Part shown: positions 37,705 to 46,970 of the stretch, piece by piece
Position numbering within the stretch: position 1 is the stretch's first letter
Layout: each line of letters begins with the position of its first letter
Assembly: GCA_023245215.1 (NCBI GenBank)
Contig: JAHFKS010000001.1
Coordinates: 1 to 62,862 of the forward strand
DNA: 62,862 bases
Source of the DNA: Candidatus Microgenomates bacterium
GTDB taxonomy: Bacteria > Patescibacteriota > Microgenomatia > UBA1406 > GWC2-37-13
Direction: 5' to 3'
The notes under the pieces: generated by a model
Told to the model about the DNA's origin: nothing
The model's database searches: none
What the model saw: the letters and a program-made list of their open reading frames with translations, nothing else
Translations under genes and position numbers: made by a program

Positions 37705-39165
37705 ATGGATGATAATAATCAAATCAAAGAAGAAAATCAACCAGATACCAGACCGGTTTTTGAAACTGTTCCGGTCGAAGAAACTCCGGCGGATATCGCT
37801 ACTCCGGAGTTGCCTGCAGAAGCGCCGACAGGCGACGCCCCGCCTCCTGTCTACCAGGAAAACAAAAATCAGTTTATTTTTATCGCCGTTGGAGGAGTGG
37901 TTTTTTTTATAGTTCTGATTCTTATAATCAGGGCGATTTTTTCCGGCGGTGAAAAAAAACAGATAAATCTGACTTATTGGGGGCTGTGGGAAGACAACCA
38001 GGTGATGCAGCCTTTGATTGATCAATACCAACAGAAAAACCCCAATGTAAAAATCACCTACCAAAAAATGTCTCCGCAAAGCTACAGGCAAAAACTGGTG
38101 GTAAGAAGTAAAAGTGGCCAGGGGCCGGACATCTTCCGCTTCCACAATACCTGGATACCGGAAATAAAAGAAATCATGTCTCAACTCCCGCCCGAGATAA
38201 TGAGCACCAATGAATTTGAAAAAACATTTTATAAGGTCCACCAGAAAGACCTGAAGGTCGGCAGCCATTACTATGGTCTTCCTCTTGAAGTCGACGGCTT
38301 GGTTTTAATCTACAATACCAACCTTTTGAAAAAAGCCGGAATTACCGGCCCGCCGGCCACATGGGATGACATTACTGACATGGTTCCCAAGTTGACCGTA
38401 AAAAACCAGCAGGGCCAGTTAATCACATCAGGAATCGCCATGGGGACAGCCGGCAACGTCGAGCACTTTTCCGACATCTTCGGGCTTTTGCTGTTGCAAA
38501 ACGGCGGCGGCCTGGACAAGCTCGACCAGCAGGAGGCAGCGGGCGCTTTGGAAATCTACCGCAAGTTTGCCGAACCGCCCCAGGGCTACTGGACCGATGA
38601 AATGCCCAATTCCATTAATGCCTTTATCCAGGAAAAAGTGGCGATGATTATCGCTCCTTCCTGGGAAGCGCTGGCTATAAAGTCGGCTAACCCGGAAATC
38701 GAGATGAAGGTGGCGCCGGTTCCTGCAGTTCCCGGAGCATCGGCGGTCTCAATAGCCAGTTACTGGGTGGAAGGAGTCTCCCGTTTGAGCAAAAACCAGA
38801 TCGAAGCCTGGAAGTTTTTGCGCTACCTGACAGAAAAAGATAATCTGACAAAACTCTATGAAATCGAAAGCCGCTACCGGCCGTTCGGCGAACCATATTC
38901 ACGAGTAGACTTGGCGCCGCTTTTAGCCCAGAACGATTATTTGGGAGCTGTTATAAAACAAGCTAATGATTTTGTTTCAATACCTATAATAAGCAGAACT
39001 TTTGACGGAGACCAGGACAGCAGCGGTTTAAACGACGAATTAATAACCTATATTAAAAATGCGATTAACAGCACGATAGAAGGAGTCAGTTATTCCGAGG
39101 CGCTGAAAACGGCAAAAGAAGGAGTAAACCAGGTTTTTACTAAGTATAATATTACTATCCAATGA
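37705..39165 (+). CDS. Sugar-type extracellular solute-binding protein, membrane anchored
   Basis: LTYWGLW, GPDIF, YGLP..DGLVLIYN..L, PATWDD, AWKFL.YL; start approximate. Confidence 0.85.
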   Translation: MDDNNQIKEENQPDTRPVFETVPVEETPADIATPELPAEAPTGDAPPPVYQENKNQFIFIAVGGVVFFIVLILIIRAIFSGGEKKQINLTYWGLWEDNQVMQPLIDQYQQKNPNVKITYQKMSPQSYRQKLVVRSKSGQGPDIFRFHNTWIPEIKEIMSQLPPEIMSTNEFEKTFYKVHQKDLKVGSHYYGLPLEVDGLVLIYNTNLLKKAGITGPPATWDDITDMVPKLTVKNQQGQLITSGIAMGTAGNVEHFSDIFGLLLLQNGGGLDKLDQQEAAGALEIYRKFAEPPQGYWTDEMPNSINAFIQEKVAMIIAPSWEALAIKSANPEIEMKVAPVPAVPGASAVSIASYWVEGVSRLSKNQIEAWKFLRYLTEKDNLTKLYEIESRYRPFGEPYSRVDLAPLLAQNDYLGAVIKQANDFVSIPIISRTFDGDQDSSGLNDELITYIKNAINSTIEGVSYSEALKTAKEGVNQVFTKYNITIQ

Positions 39166-41174
39166 AACTACCTTTTTTATCAAGATTAATTGAACAGGAT
39201 GAAGTTTATCTCGGTCTTTTTCTCAAGGAAGAGGAGGGAACAGTCCTGGTTATGATAAAGAAGCAGGGGCAGATTGTTGTTAGGGAAAAAGAAAGTTTTA
39301 CTTACACCAACGGCTGGGAAAATCTGGCCGACGACGTCGACGAAATCCTCTACCGTCTGGAAAAAAAACTGAATGTCCAGCTTTCAAAAACGATTTTTTT
39401 TGTCTATTCCCACTTGGTCGACGACAAGACTAACGACATAAAAAAACCTTACTTGAATAAAATCAAAGATCTTGTCAAGAATCTTGAACTTCAAGCCATG
39501 GGTTACATCGAATGTTTTGAAGCGGTTTCATTTTATCTGGAAAAAAAGGAAGAAGCTTCGCTTACCGCTGTTTTATTGGAGCTGGATAAACACCAATTGA
39601 GTTTATTTGTCTATAAGGGAGGCAAGATGGACTACAAAATGGTTCTTGCCCGGACAGACGACATCGTCAATGATTTTATCCAGGCAACCGAAGGCCTGAA
39701 AACCAAGGCGATGCTGCCTTCGCGGATAATTCTTTATGATTCGGACAATGTCGATGAAGCCGCGGCCAAGATAATCGGCCACCGCTGGAGCCAGGATTAT
39801 TTTGTCCAGATTCCCAAAATCGCCATCTTAAAAGAAGACGAAGTCCTCGAAGGCCTGGTTGATGTTTTTTCCGGACAGATAAAAGGCAAAGAACCGGAAG
39901 TAGTTAAAGAAAGCAGACCGGCGAACGAGCCGTCGTTTGGTTTTCTCGTCGGCCAGGATGTGGCGATGACGGAAACCGTTGAGGTAAACCAGCCGTCAAT
40001 CGCAGAAAAGCCAAAGAAGAATTTTAATTTGAATATGCTTCCAAAACTCCCGAAAATAACACTGCCCAAAATTGACCTATCGTTTCTAAAAGGGAGGACG
40101 GGGATATTTTTGGGGATTGTAATAATCGTTATGAGTCTGTTTGCCAACGAATATTTTTTCCACCGCGCCCAGCTGACAATTTATCTTCCGTCCCAGGTAA
40201 TCAAGAAATCAGTTACAGAAACAGTTGATTTTAAGACCGCCAGCCAGTCGGCCGATTTTTCGGAGTCTATCGCGACCACCGGAAAAAAAGACATCGGCAA
40301 CAGCGCCAAAGGAACAGTCGCCATCAGCAGTTTTGACGACAAAGAAAGGACGTTTACTAAAGGCACTTCTTTGGACGCCGGCGGATTGAAATTTATTCTT
40401 GATGCCGACGTCAAAGTCGCCTCATCAACCCTGGCAGCCGACGGGTCGGCCAAACTTCCGGGAAAAAGCAACGGGGCGATTACGGCATCCGCAATAGGTC
40501 CGGAAAGCAACCTGAGCAAAGGCCAGCGCTTTAAAATAGACGACCTGGCCAAAGAAAATTATTTTGCCATCAACGACTCTGCTTTGTCAGGGGGCAGCAA
40601 AAAAACAATCAGGACCGTTTCCTTGACCGACCAGAAAAACCTGGAAAAAGCAGTCGTAGATAAAGCCCAAAAACAGGAAAAAGCGCCTGTTTTTTCAAAA
40701 AGCGAAGAAGTCATTCCCGACCTGTCAGAAACCAAACTCACTGATGCAAAATATTCCAATGAAGTCGGCGAGGAAAGCGACAAACTGACTCTGACCGCCA
40801 AGGCGGAAACAAATTATTTCGCTTTTGATAAAGACATGCTCAGCGGAAAATTAATCAGTGAAGTCATCCAGGATGTCAAGCCCGGCTACAAAACCGGAAA
40901 GGACAGCGTCAGCTTTACGATTAAAAAAGTGAAAAAAACCGACACCAGCTTAAAACTGGATTTGGATGCAAAAGTAAAAGCGGTTATGGATTTCAACAAG
41001 GAAGAGGCGGTAAAAAAAGTCCTCGGAAAGAACCATGGCGATTTGGAAAAGATCTTAAAGTCTGATTTTAAAGTCCAGGGTTTTAATGTCGTTATTCAGG
41101 AGCCGTTGCCTTTCTTAAAAAATTTCCTTCCGGTTTTCAAACAGAATCTTTTAATAAAAATTTCCAGCCTGTAA
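39162..41174 (+). CDS. Membrane protein with degenerate FtsA/PilM-like N-domain and baseplate-J-like ectodomain
   Basis: VLLELDKHQLSLFVYKGG; central TM; ATTGKK..AKGTV, ITASAIGPESNL, SGG. Confidence 0.55.
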   Translation: MKLPFLSRLIEQDEVYLGLFLKEEEGTVLVMIKKQGQIVVREKESFTYTNGWENLADDVDEILYRLEKKLNVQLSKTIFFVYSHLVDDKTNDIKKPYLNKIKDLVKNLELQAMGYIECFEAVSFYLEKKEEASLTAVLLELDKHQLSLFVYKGGKMDYKMVLARTDDIVNDFIQATEGLKTKAMLPSRIILYDSDNVDEAAAKIIGHRWSQDYFVQIPKIAILKEDEVLEGLVDVFSGQIKGKEPEVVKESRPANEPSFGFLVGQDVAMTETVEVNQPSIAEKPKKNFNLNMLPKLPKITLPKIDLSFLKGRTGIFLGIVIIVMSLFANEYFFHRAQLTIYLPSQVIKKSVTETVDFKTASQSADFSESIATTGKKDIGNSAKGTVAISSFDDKERTFTKGTSLDAGGLKFILDADVKVASSTLAADGSAKLPGKSNGAITASAIGPESNLSKGQRFKIDDLAKENYFAINDSALSGGSKKTIRTVSLTDQKNLEKAVVDKAQKQEKAPVFSKSEEVIPDLSETKLTDAKYSNEVGEESDKLTLTAKAETNYFAFDKDMLSGKLISEVIQDVKPGYKTGKDSVSFTIKKVKKTDTSLKLDLDAKVKAVMDFNKEEAVKKVLGKNHGDLEKILKSDFKVQGFNVVIQEPLPFLKNFLPVFKQNLLIKISSL

Positions 41175-41177
41175 TTT

Positions 41178-41918
41178 ATGCCTCTGCATGCCTATGTCAA
41201 AAAAGATAACTCGGTGAAGAAAAAAGCCATCAACTATTTTTCCTACCTTTCTTTGACAGCCGGCGCCCTGCTGCTTTTTTGGTCGTTTTACCCGATTTTA
41301 TCTTTTGAAATCTATTCGCGGCTTTTTATAAAGAGGAACGTCAAGACGCCGATTCCTTATAATGAGTCGCCGTCGTCACTGTCGGCTGCGAGCAGCGTCC
41401 TGGGGGTCTTCAGCATTTTTTCCAACAACCTGCGCGACTTTACCCAGGCGAGCGTCTGGTTTCCTTCGGTCGTTCAGGCAGGTACAACCTTATCGACGCT
41501 TTCTGTCAAAGAATACCATCTGTCGATTCCAAAACTAAATATCAAAGACGCCAGGGTGGTTGTCGGCGGGGAGGACTTGGCCAAAAGCCTCATCCAGTAT
41601 CTCCCCCAAAGCCTGCCGGGAGAATACGGCAACGCGGTAATTTTCGGCCACTCGACTCTGCCCCAGTTATATAATCCAAAAGATTATAAGACTATTTTTA
41701 CCTACCTGCCTTCTCTGGAAAAGGGCGATATCATTAGAGTGAAAATCGGCGACATCGAATATGAATATGTAGTCTATGACATGTTTGTCGTCAACCCCGA
41801 TGAAATATCAGTATTGGAACAGCAAAAAGACGCTTCGTATTTAACTATAATCACCTGCGTGCCGCCGGGGACGTACTTTCAGAGGCTTGTTGTAAAGGCC
41901 AAATTGAGATTGATTTAA
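41178..41918 (+). CDS. Sortase
   Basis: LSIPKLNI, IFGHS (His), LTIITC (Cys), RLVV (Arg). Confidence 0.93.
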   Translation: MPLHAYVKKDNSVKKKAINYFSYLSLTAGALLLFWSFYPILSFEIYSRLFIKRNVKTPIPYNESPSSLSAASSVLGVFSIFSNNLRDFTQASVWFPSVVQAGTTLSTLSVKEYHLSIPKLNIKDARVVVGGEDLAKSLIQYLPQSLPGEYGNAVIFGHSTLPQLYNPKDYKTIFTYLPSLEKGDIIRVKIGDIEYEYVVYDMFVVNPDEISVLEQQKDASYLTIITCVPPGTYFQRLVVKAKLRLI

Positions 41919-41945
41919 CCTATAATATTTGGTAGAATTGGCCTC

Positions 41946-44084
41946 ATGAAATCTTTCTGGCGAGGACTATATCATTTAGCAAACGTCTTCATTTTCATTG
42001 GTGAAATTACTCAATGGCCTTTTAAATTTTTATTCCGTTTTCTTGCCAAACTTTTTAATCTAATCAGGGAAAAAATATCAGCCATTCAACTTCCAAAAAT
42101 AACCCTTGATTCAATTTCCATTCCTGTCCGGTATTTTCTATTGGGAGCTTTGACCACCGCCGTGATTTTTATAACTTATCAATCCTATCTTTTTGTAAAA
42201 GCCCTGCCGTCGCCGGACAACATCGGCAAAGTGAACTTTCCTCTTTCAACCCATATTTATGACAGGAACGGCAGCCTTTTATATGAGATCTTCCGCGACC
42301 AGAACCGGACCCAGGTTTCCTTAAAAAATTTACCCCAGTATGTTGTTCAGGCGACAATCGCAATCGAAGACAAAGATTTTTACAGACACAACGGCGTTGC
42401 TTTATTCGGAGGGATATTGAGGGCGATAAAAGAAACAATATTTAACAAGAGCATTCAGGGCGGATCCACTATTACTCAGCAGTTGGTTAAAAGCGCTCTT
42501 TTGACCCCTGAAAGGACAGTAGAAAGAAAGATCAAAGAAATTATTCTTGCGCTTTGGACAGAGAAACTTTACAGCAAGGACCAGATTTTGGAAATGTATT
42601 TCAACCAGGTGCCTTATGGCGGATCTTCTTACGGTATTGAAGAAGCTGCCAAAACTTATTTTGGCAAATCAGCCAAGGAACTGACATTGGACGAAGCCGC
42701 CCTGCTCGCGGGTTTGCCGCAGGCGCCTTCGGTTTATTCTCCATATACCAATCCGGAAGCTGCTTTAAAAAGGAGAAACGAAGTACTTGATGCCATGGCA
42801 AAGCAAGGATATATAGATGAGAAGTCAAAAGTCAAAAGTGAAAATTCAAAATTGGAAGTGCTGCCGCCAAAGACATCGATAGTGGCGCCCCACTTTGTTT
42901 TTTATACAAAAAGCCAGCTCGAGTCGAATTATGGAATCGAGAAAGTTGAAGAGGGTGGTCTGAAAGTCACCACAACTTTGGACAGTGAGATTCAGAGGCA
43001 GGCGGAAACAGTACTTAGCGAAGAGCTCGACAAAATCAGCTATTTGAATGTGACCAACGGAGCCATATTGGTGACGCGGCCGTCAACCGGGGAGATTCTG
43101 GCCATGGTCGGCTCGGTCAATTATTTCCAGCAGCCCTGGGGGGCTTTCAACGTGACGACTGCTTTGCGCCAGCCGGGAAGCTCTATAAAACCGATAATGT
43201 ACTCGCTGGCTCTGCAAAACGGGTATACGGCGGCTTCGATAATCGACGACAGCCCGGTGGTTTTTAGATCGCCCGGTTCTCCGCCTTACCAGCCGGTAAA
43301 CTATGACGGAAAATTCCACGGCAAAGTCCCACTCCGTTATGCTTTGGCAAATTCCTACAACATTCCGGCCGTCAAAACCTTAAATACAATCGGCGTTGAT
43401 AAATTTATTGACTTTGCCGAAAAACTCGGCATCGATACCTGGCATGACCGCTCGCGCTTTGGACTCTCTTTGACTTTGGGTGGGGGAGAAGTAACGATGG
43501 TCGACATGGCCGAAGCTTTTGGAACTTTGGCAAATCAAGGCTACAAGCTTCCATTGAGCTATTTTTTGAAAATTCAGGATAACTCGGGCGCCACAATAAA
43601 AGAGCTGAGGCCGTTTAAAATCAGGGAGATGGATCCGGCGGTTTCCTATATTATGTCTGATATACTTTCGGACAATCAGGCAAGGACCTGGGCTTTCGGG
43701 CCGGGCTCAACTTTGGAAATTCCCGGCTATAAAGTGGCCGTCAAGACTGGTACGACCAATGACAAAAGGGACAACTGGACAATCGGTTATACTCCGGATT
43801 TTCTGGTGGCGGTCTGGGTGGGCAACAATGATAATTCCCCAATGAATCCATACCTGTCATCGGGTATTACCGGCGCTTCGCCAATATGGAACAGAGTGAT
43901 GAGTTATCTTTTGAAGAACTACGGTGACGGCAACCGTTGGTATGAAAAGCCCGACGATATTGTTGAGAAGACCTGTTTTTTCGGCAAGACAGAATATTTT
44001 GTCAAAGGAACAGAGAACAAAGCAAACTGCAGCAAAGATGCTTTGGCAACTCCTACGCCAACACCTAGTCCTAAACCTCAATAG
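41946..44084 (+). CDS. Class A penicillin-binding protein (PBP1A family)
   Basis: AIEDKDFY, QGGSTITQQLVK, RKIKE; SSIK, SYN, KTGT. Confidence 0.95.
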   Translation: MKSFWRGLYHLANVFIFIGEITQWPFKFLFRFLAKLFNLIREKISAIQLPKITLDSISIPVRYFLLGALTTAVIFITYQSYLFVKALPSPDNIGKVNFPLSTHIYDRNGSLLYEIFRDQNRTQVSLKNLPQYVVQATIAIEDKDFYRHNGVALFGGILRAIKETIFNKSIQGGSTITQQLVKSALLTPERTVERKIKEIILALWTEKLYSKDQILEMYFNQVPYGGSSYGIEEAAKTYFGKSAKELTLDEAALLAGLPQAPSVYSPYTNPEAALKRRNEVLDAMAKQGYIDEKSKVKSENSKLEVLPPKTSIVAPHFVFYTKSQLESNYGIEKVEEGGLKVTTTLDSEIQRQAETVLSEELDKISYLNVTNGAILVTRPSTGEILAMVGSVNYFQQPWGAFNVTTALRQPGSSIKPIMYSLALQNGYTAASIIDDSPVVFRSPGSPPYQPVNYDGKFHGKVPLRYALANSYNIPAVKTLNTIGVDKFIDFAEKLGIDTWHDRSRFGLSLTLGGGEVTMVDMAEAFGTLANQGYKLPLSYFLKIQDNSGATIKELRPFKIREMDPAVSYIMSDILSDNQARTWAFGPGSTLEIPGYKVAVKTGTTNDKRDNWTIGYTPDFLVAVWVGNNDNSPMNPYLSSGITGASPIWNRVMSYLLKNYGDGNRWYEKPDDIVEKTCFFGKTEYFVKGTENKANCSKDALATPTPTPSPKPQ
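42822..42853 (+). repeat. In-frame heptamer array inside PBP1A
   Basis: AAGTCAA AAGTCAA AAGTGAA AATTCAA encoding KSKVKSENSK. Confidence 0.65.
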
Positions 44085-44091
44085 AAATTTA

Positions 44092-45345
44092 TTATTTCTT
44101 ATTTGTTATTTTATCGAAGCCCGTTAAAGGTTGCAGAGCTTTTGGTATAGATATGCTTCCGTCTTTGTTTTGATAGTTTTCCAGGAGTGCAATTAAGATT
44201 CTTGGTGAGGCAAGAGCAGTATTATTTAATGAAAAGCAAAATTCTGTTTCCCCGTCTTTTTTCCTGTATTTTATTTTCAGCCTCCTGGTTTGGAAGTCTC
44301 CCATGATTGAGTTAGACATGGTTTCTCCGTATGTCTTTCTGGAAGGCATCCAGGTTTCCGTATCGTATTTTTTAATTTGTGGTTCTCCCATGTCTCCGGT
44401 GCACATAAGCAGGACCCGGTAGGGGAGTTCGAGCTCTTCAAGAATTTCTTCGCAGTTTTTCTGCAGTTCTTCATGGAGTTTTTTTGCTTCCTCCACGTCA
44501 TTTTTGCCAATGATTACCTGTTCGATTTTCCAAAATTCGTGGAGGCGGTAGATGCCTTTGGTGTCTTTGCCGTAAGCTCCGGCTTCTTTCCGGAAGCAAG
44601 GGGAAAAAGCGACAAATTTTTTAGGCAGATCTTTTTCGTTTAAAATTTCTCCTGAATAATATGAGGTAACAGGCTGTTCGGCAGTCCCGGCCAGGTAAGC
44701 ATCCTCGTCATTAAGTTTATAAACATCCTGTTCGCTCCAGGGAAACTGGCCGGTGCCAAAAAGAGTCAATCTTTTTACAACTGCCGGGGCAATAAGAGGT
44801 GTATAGCCTTTTTTGACAAGTTTGGTAAAGACGTGAAAGAGCAAGGCAAATTGGAGGACTGCTCCTTCGTTTTTCAAAAAATAACCGCGGAACCCCGAGA
44901 CTTTAGCGCCTCTTTCAAGGTCAATCAAGTCGAGGCTTTCCCCCAGCTCGATGTGGGATTTTGGAGTGAAATCAAACTTTGGCAGTTTTCCCCACTTTCT
45001 TAATTCTTTGTTTCCGGATGCGTCGTGTCCGACAGGGACTTCGGGCAACGGGACGTTGGGAACAAATGAGAGCAATGAGTCTAATTGGGATTGGATTTTT
45101 GCCAATTCGTCTTCGATTTTTTTTAGCTCTTCTTTGATTACCTTACCTCGTTTAATGGTTTTTTCATCGGGTTTTTCATGGGTGGTTTTATTCCTTTCCT
45201 CCCGAAGAGTCTGGGTTTTTTGGATTAATTCCCGCCTCTTGTCGTCCAATTCCAGAATCTTATCAAGGTTGACGCTGCGGCCTTTGTTTTTTGCCGCTTC
45301 TTCTACTTTTTTCTTATTATTCCTTATAAAGTCCAATGACAACAT
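44092..45345 (-). CDS. serS: Serine--tRNA ligase
   Basis: GTAE, CFRKEAG, GIYRLHEFWKIE, NNTALASPR. Confidence 0.97.
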   Translation of the reverse strand: MLSLDFIRNNKKKVEEAAKNKGRSVNLDKILELDDKRRELIQKTQTLREERNKTTHEKPDEKTIKRGKVIKEELKKIEDELAKIQSQLDSLLSFVPNVPLPEVPVGHDASGNKELRKWGKLPKFDFTPKSHIELGESLDLIDLERGAKVSGFRGYFLKNEGAVLQFALLFHVFTKLVKKGYTPLIAPAVVKRLTLFGTGQFPWSEQDVYKLNDEDAYLAGTAEQPVTSYYSGEILNEKDLPKKFVAFSPCFRKEAGAYGKDTKGIYRLHEFWKIEQVIIGKNDVEEAKKLHEELQKNCEEILEELELPYRVLLMCTGDMGEPQIKKYDTETWMPSRKTYGETMSNSIMGDFQTRRLKIKYRKKDGETEFCFSLNNTALASPRILIALLENYQNKDGSISIPKALQPLTGFDKITNKK

Positions 45346-45349
45346 GATA

Positions 45350-45964
45350 TTATCTTAGCAAATCTTTAATTCTTTTTGTCAGTCTTTTCAACGCTTTAAA
45401 CCTGTGGTTGATTTTGTCATGTTCCTCAGCGGTCAATTCGTCGTAGTATTTTCCAAACTCGTCGACAATAAAAAGCGCCCGGAAAGGATAGCCGTTGGTC
45501 GGCCTGCCGGTCGGTTTTTCTGCAATGTGCCCTTTGATTTTTTCCTGTTCAAAAAAAACTTTGCCGGTTTCCGGGTCAAAGAATGTCACGCAGGTTTCCA
45601 GATAGGCGGTCCGGTTTTTTATTTCGACGCCTTTGAGGTGGGAGAGAGTAAAGCTGATTAGTTCTTCGTCGCCGGCCTCATAGCCTGGCCAGCGTTTTGA
45701 TTTGACTCCCGGTGCATTGTTCAGAAAGGGGATAATCAGTCCTCCGTCGTCGGCGATTGTCGGCAGCTTGGAAAGATTTCCGTAAAATCTGGCTTTCAAT
45801 TCTGAATTTTCCTGGAAAGTCTCCCCGGTTTCCTCCGGGTCCTCCTCTACTCCAACGTCGTTTAAGCTGATAAGTTTAATTCCCTGGTTTTCGAGCTCTT
45901 TTAGAGCGAAATTTAACTCTTCGAGCTTAGCCGGGTTATGTGTAGCCACTAACAGCCTTTTCAT
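45350..45964 (-). CDS. rdgB: Non-canonical purine NTP pyrophosphatase (RdgB/HAM1)
   Basis: VATHNPAKLEE, EETGETFQENS..KA, ADDGGL, APGVKS, INHR. Confidence 0.88.
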   Translation of the reverse strand: MKRLLVATHNPAKLEELNFALKELENQGIKLISLNDVGVEEDPEETGETFQENSELKARFYGNLSKLPTIADDGGLIIPFLNNAPGVKSKRWPGYEAGDEELISFTLSHLKGVEIKNRTAYLETCVTFFDPETGKVFFEQEKIKGHIAEKPTGRPTNGYPFRALFIVDEFGKYYDELTAEEHDKINHRFKALKRLTKRIKDLLR

Positions 45965-46003
45965 ATATTTAATAAATTATACAGTTTGATGCAGAAATAG
46001 ACA

Positions 46004-46032
46004 TTGATTTTTGGCGGTTTACAGTCTAAGAT
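46004..46032 (+). promoter_or_regulatory. Sigma70-type promoter
   Basis: TTGATT-17 nt-TAAGAT. Confidence 0.55.
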
Positions 46033-46088
46033 TTAATATGGAGCATCTCCATAAATTAAAATTACCGGCCCAAAAGCCGTAGAGCGCA

Positions 46089-46116
46089 CCCGCCGTAAAT
46101 GGCGGGCCTTTTTGTT
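46089..46116 (+). terminator. Intrinsic terminator-like hairpin in the leader of the Maf-like gene
   Basis: CCCGCCG-TAAA-TGGCGGG followed by CCTTTTTGTT. Confidence 0.65.
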
Positions 46117-46118
46117 AT

Positions 46119-46970
46119 ATGAGGCAGGAATTTAAACCATTTGCAATTTATCCATACGCGACCAGCAGCCGCGTCAAACAGCGGCTGCTGACTGAATCAG
46201 GCTATAATTTTGTAAAAAGCAGGAATTTTACTGATGCTGTGGGCAAAGCCGAAAAGAAAAATCCTCTTATATTAAATGACAATGACCATGAGAATCCGGT
46301 TGTCCTTGGAATTGCCCGCAGGAAAGCCAGGGGGTTGGCAGACTATTCGCGTCTGGTGGCGACGTTCGGAGGCACTTATATTCCTTTGGTTGTCAATGAT
46401 ACTGTCTGGAATTTTTCCTTTAACCACGGCCAGGATAAAACCAGAACGATAATCAATAAACCGGAAACTGAAGAAGACGGAAAAATAATCAAAAAATTTT
46501 ACAAAGAGGCTAAAGGCGCTTTGGTTTATTCGTCGGCCGGTTTGGCTGTCGCCGTTCCTGATACAGAAAATCCCATACCTTATTCCATGCTGACCAAGCT
46601 AAGAGTGGGTCAGTGGCTGGGAAATGTCCCGGAAACTTATCAACCGAATCCCGACTTTTCTTTGGGTATCGATATTATCACCGCCTTAAAAGAAGGACAT
46701 ATTGATCCTCACGGAGAGATGAAGTTTGAGTTGATATATTTTGACGATTCAAATGCGTCAAGGATCAAAGGGTTTTCAGTCAGGAGGCAACTCAATTTCG
46801 AAATGAGGCTGCCTTATACCGGGACAGAGGAAAATTTAGCTCTGGTTAAATCTCTTAGCAGCGGCATTATTCCTCCGGAAATCTTTGAAGAGTTGCATTT
46901 AATAACGGGGAAAAAATATTTATTCCCCCAGTTTGCCGATAACGGCCTTGACTCCAAGAGAGGCAATTAA
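46119..46970 (+). CDS. Divergent Maf-like nucleotide pyrophosphatase
   Basis: ATSSRVKQRLL, ARRKA, VVNDTV, NKPETEED, SAGLAV occur in Maf motif order; C-half unrecognised. Confidence 0.5.
   Translation: MRQEFKPFAIYPYATSSRVKQRLLTESGYNFVKSRNFTDAVGKAEKKNPLILNDNDHENPVVLGIARRKARGLADYSRLVATFGGTYIPLVVNDTVWNFSFNHGQDKTRTIINKPETEEDGKIIKKFYKEAKGALVYSSAGLAVAVPDTENPIPYSMLTKLRVGQWLGNVPETYQPNPDFSLGIDIITALKEGHIDPHGEMKFELIYFDDSNASRIKGFSVRRQLNFEMRLPYTGTEENLALVKSLSSGIIPPEIFEELHLITGKKYLFPQFADNGLDSKRGN

Noticed and set aside
39162-41174. Prophage or contractile tail locus
   Set aside because: Only one baseplate-like domain, fused to a TM, among housekeeping envelope genes
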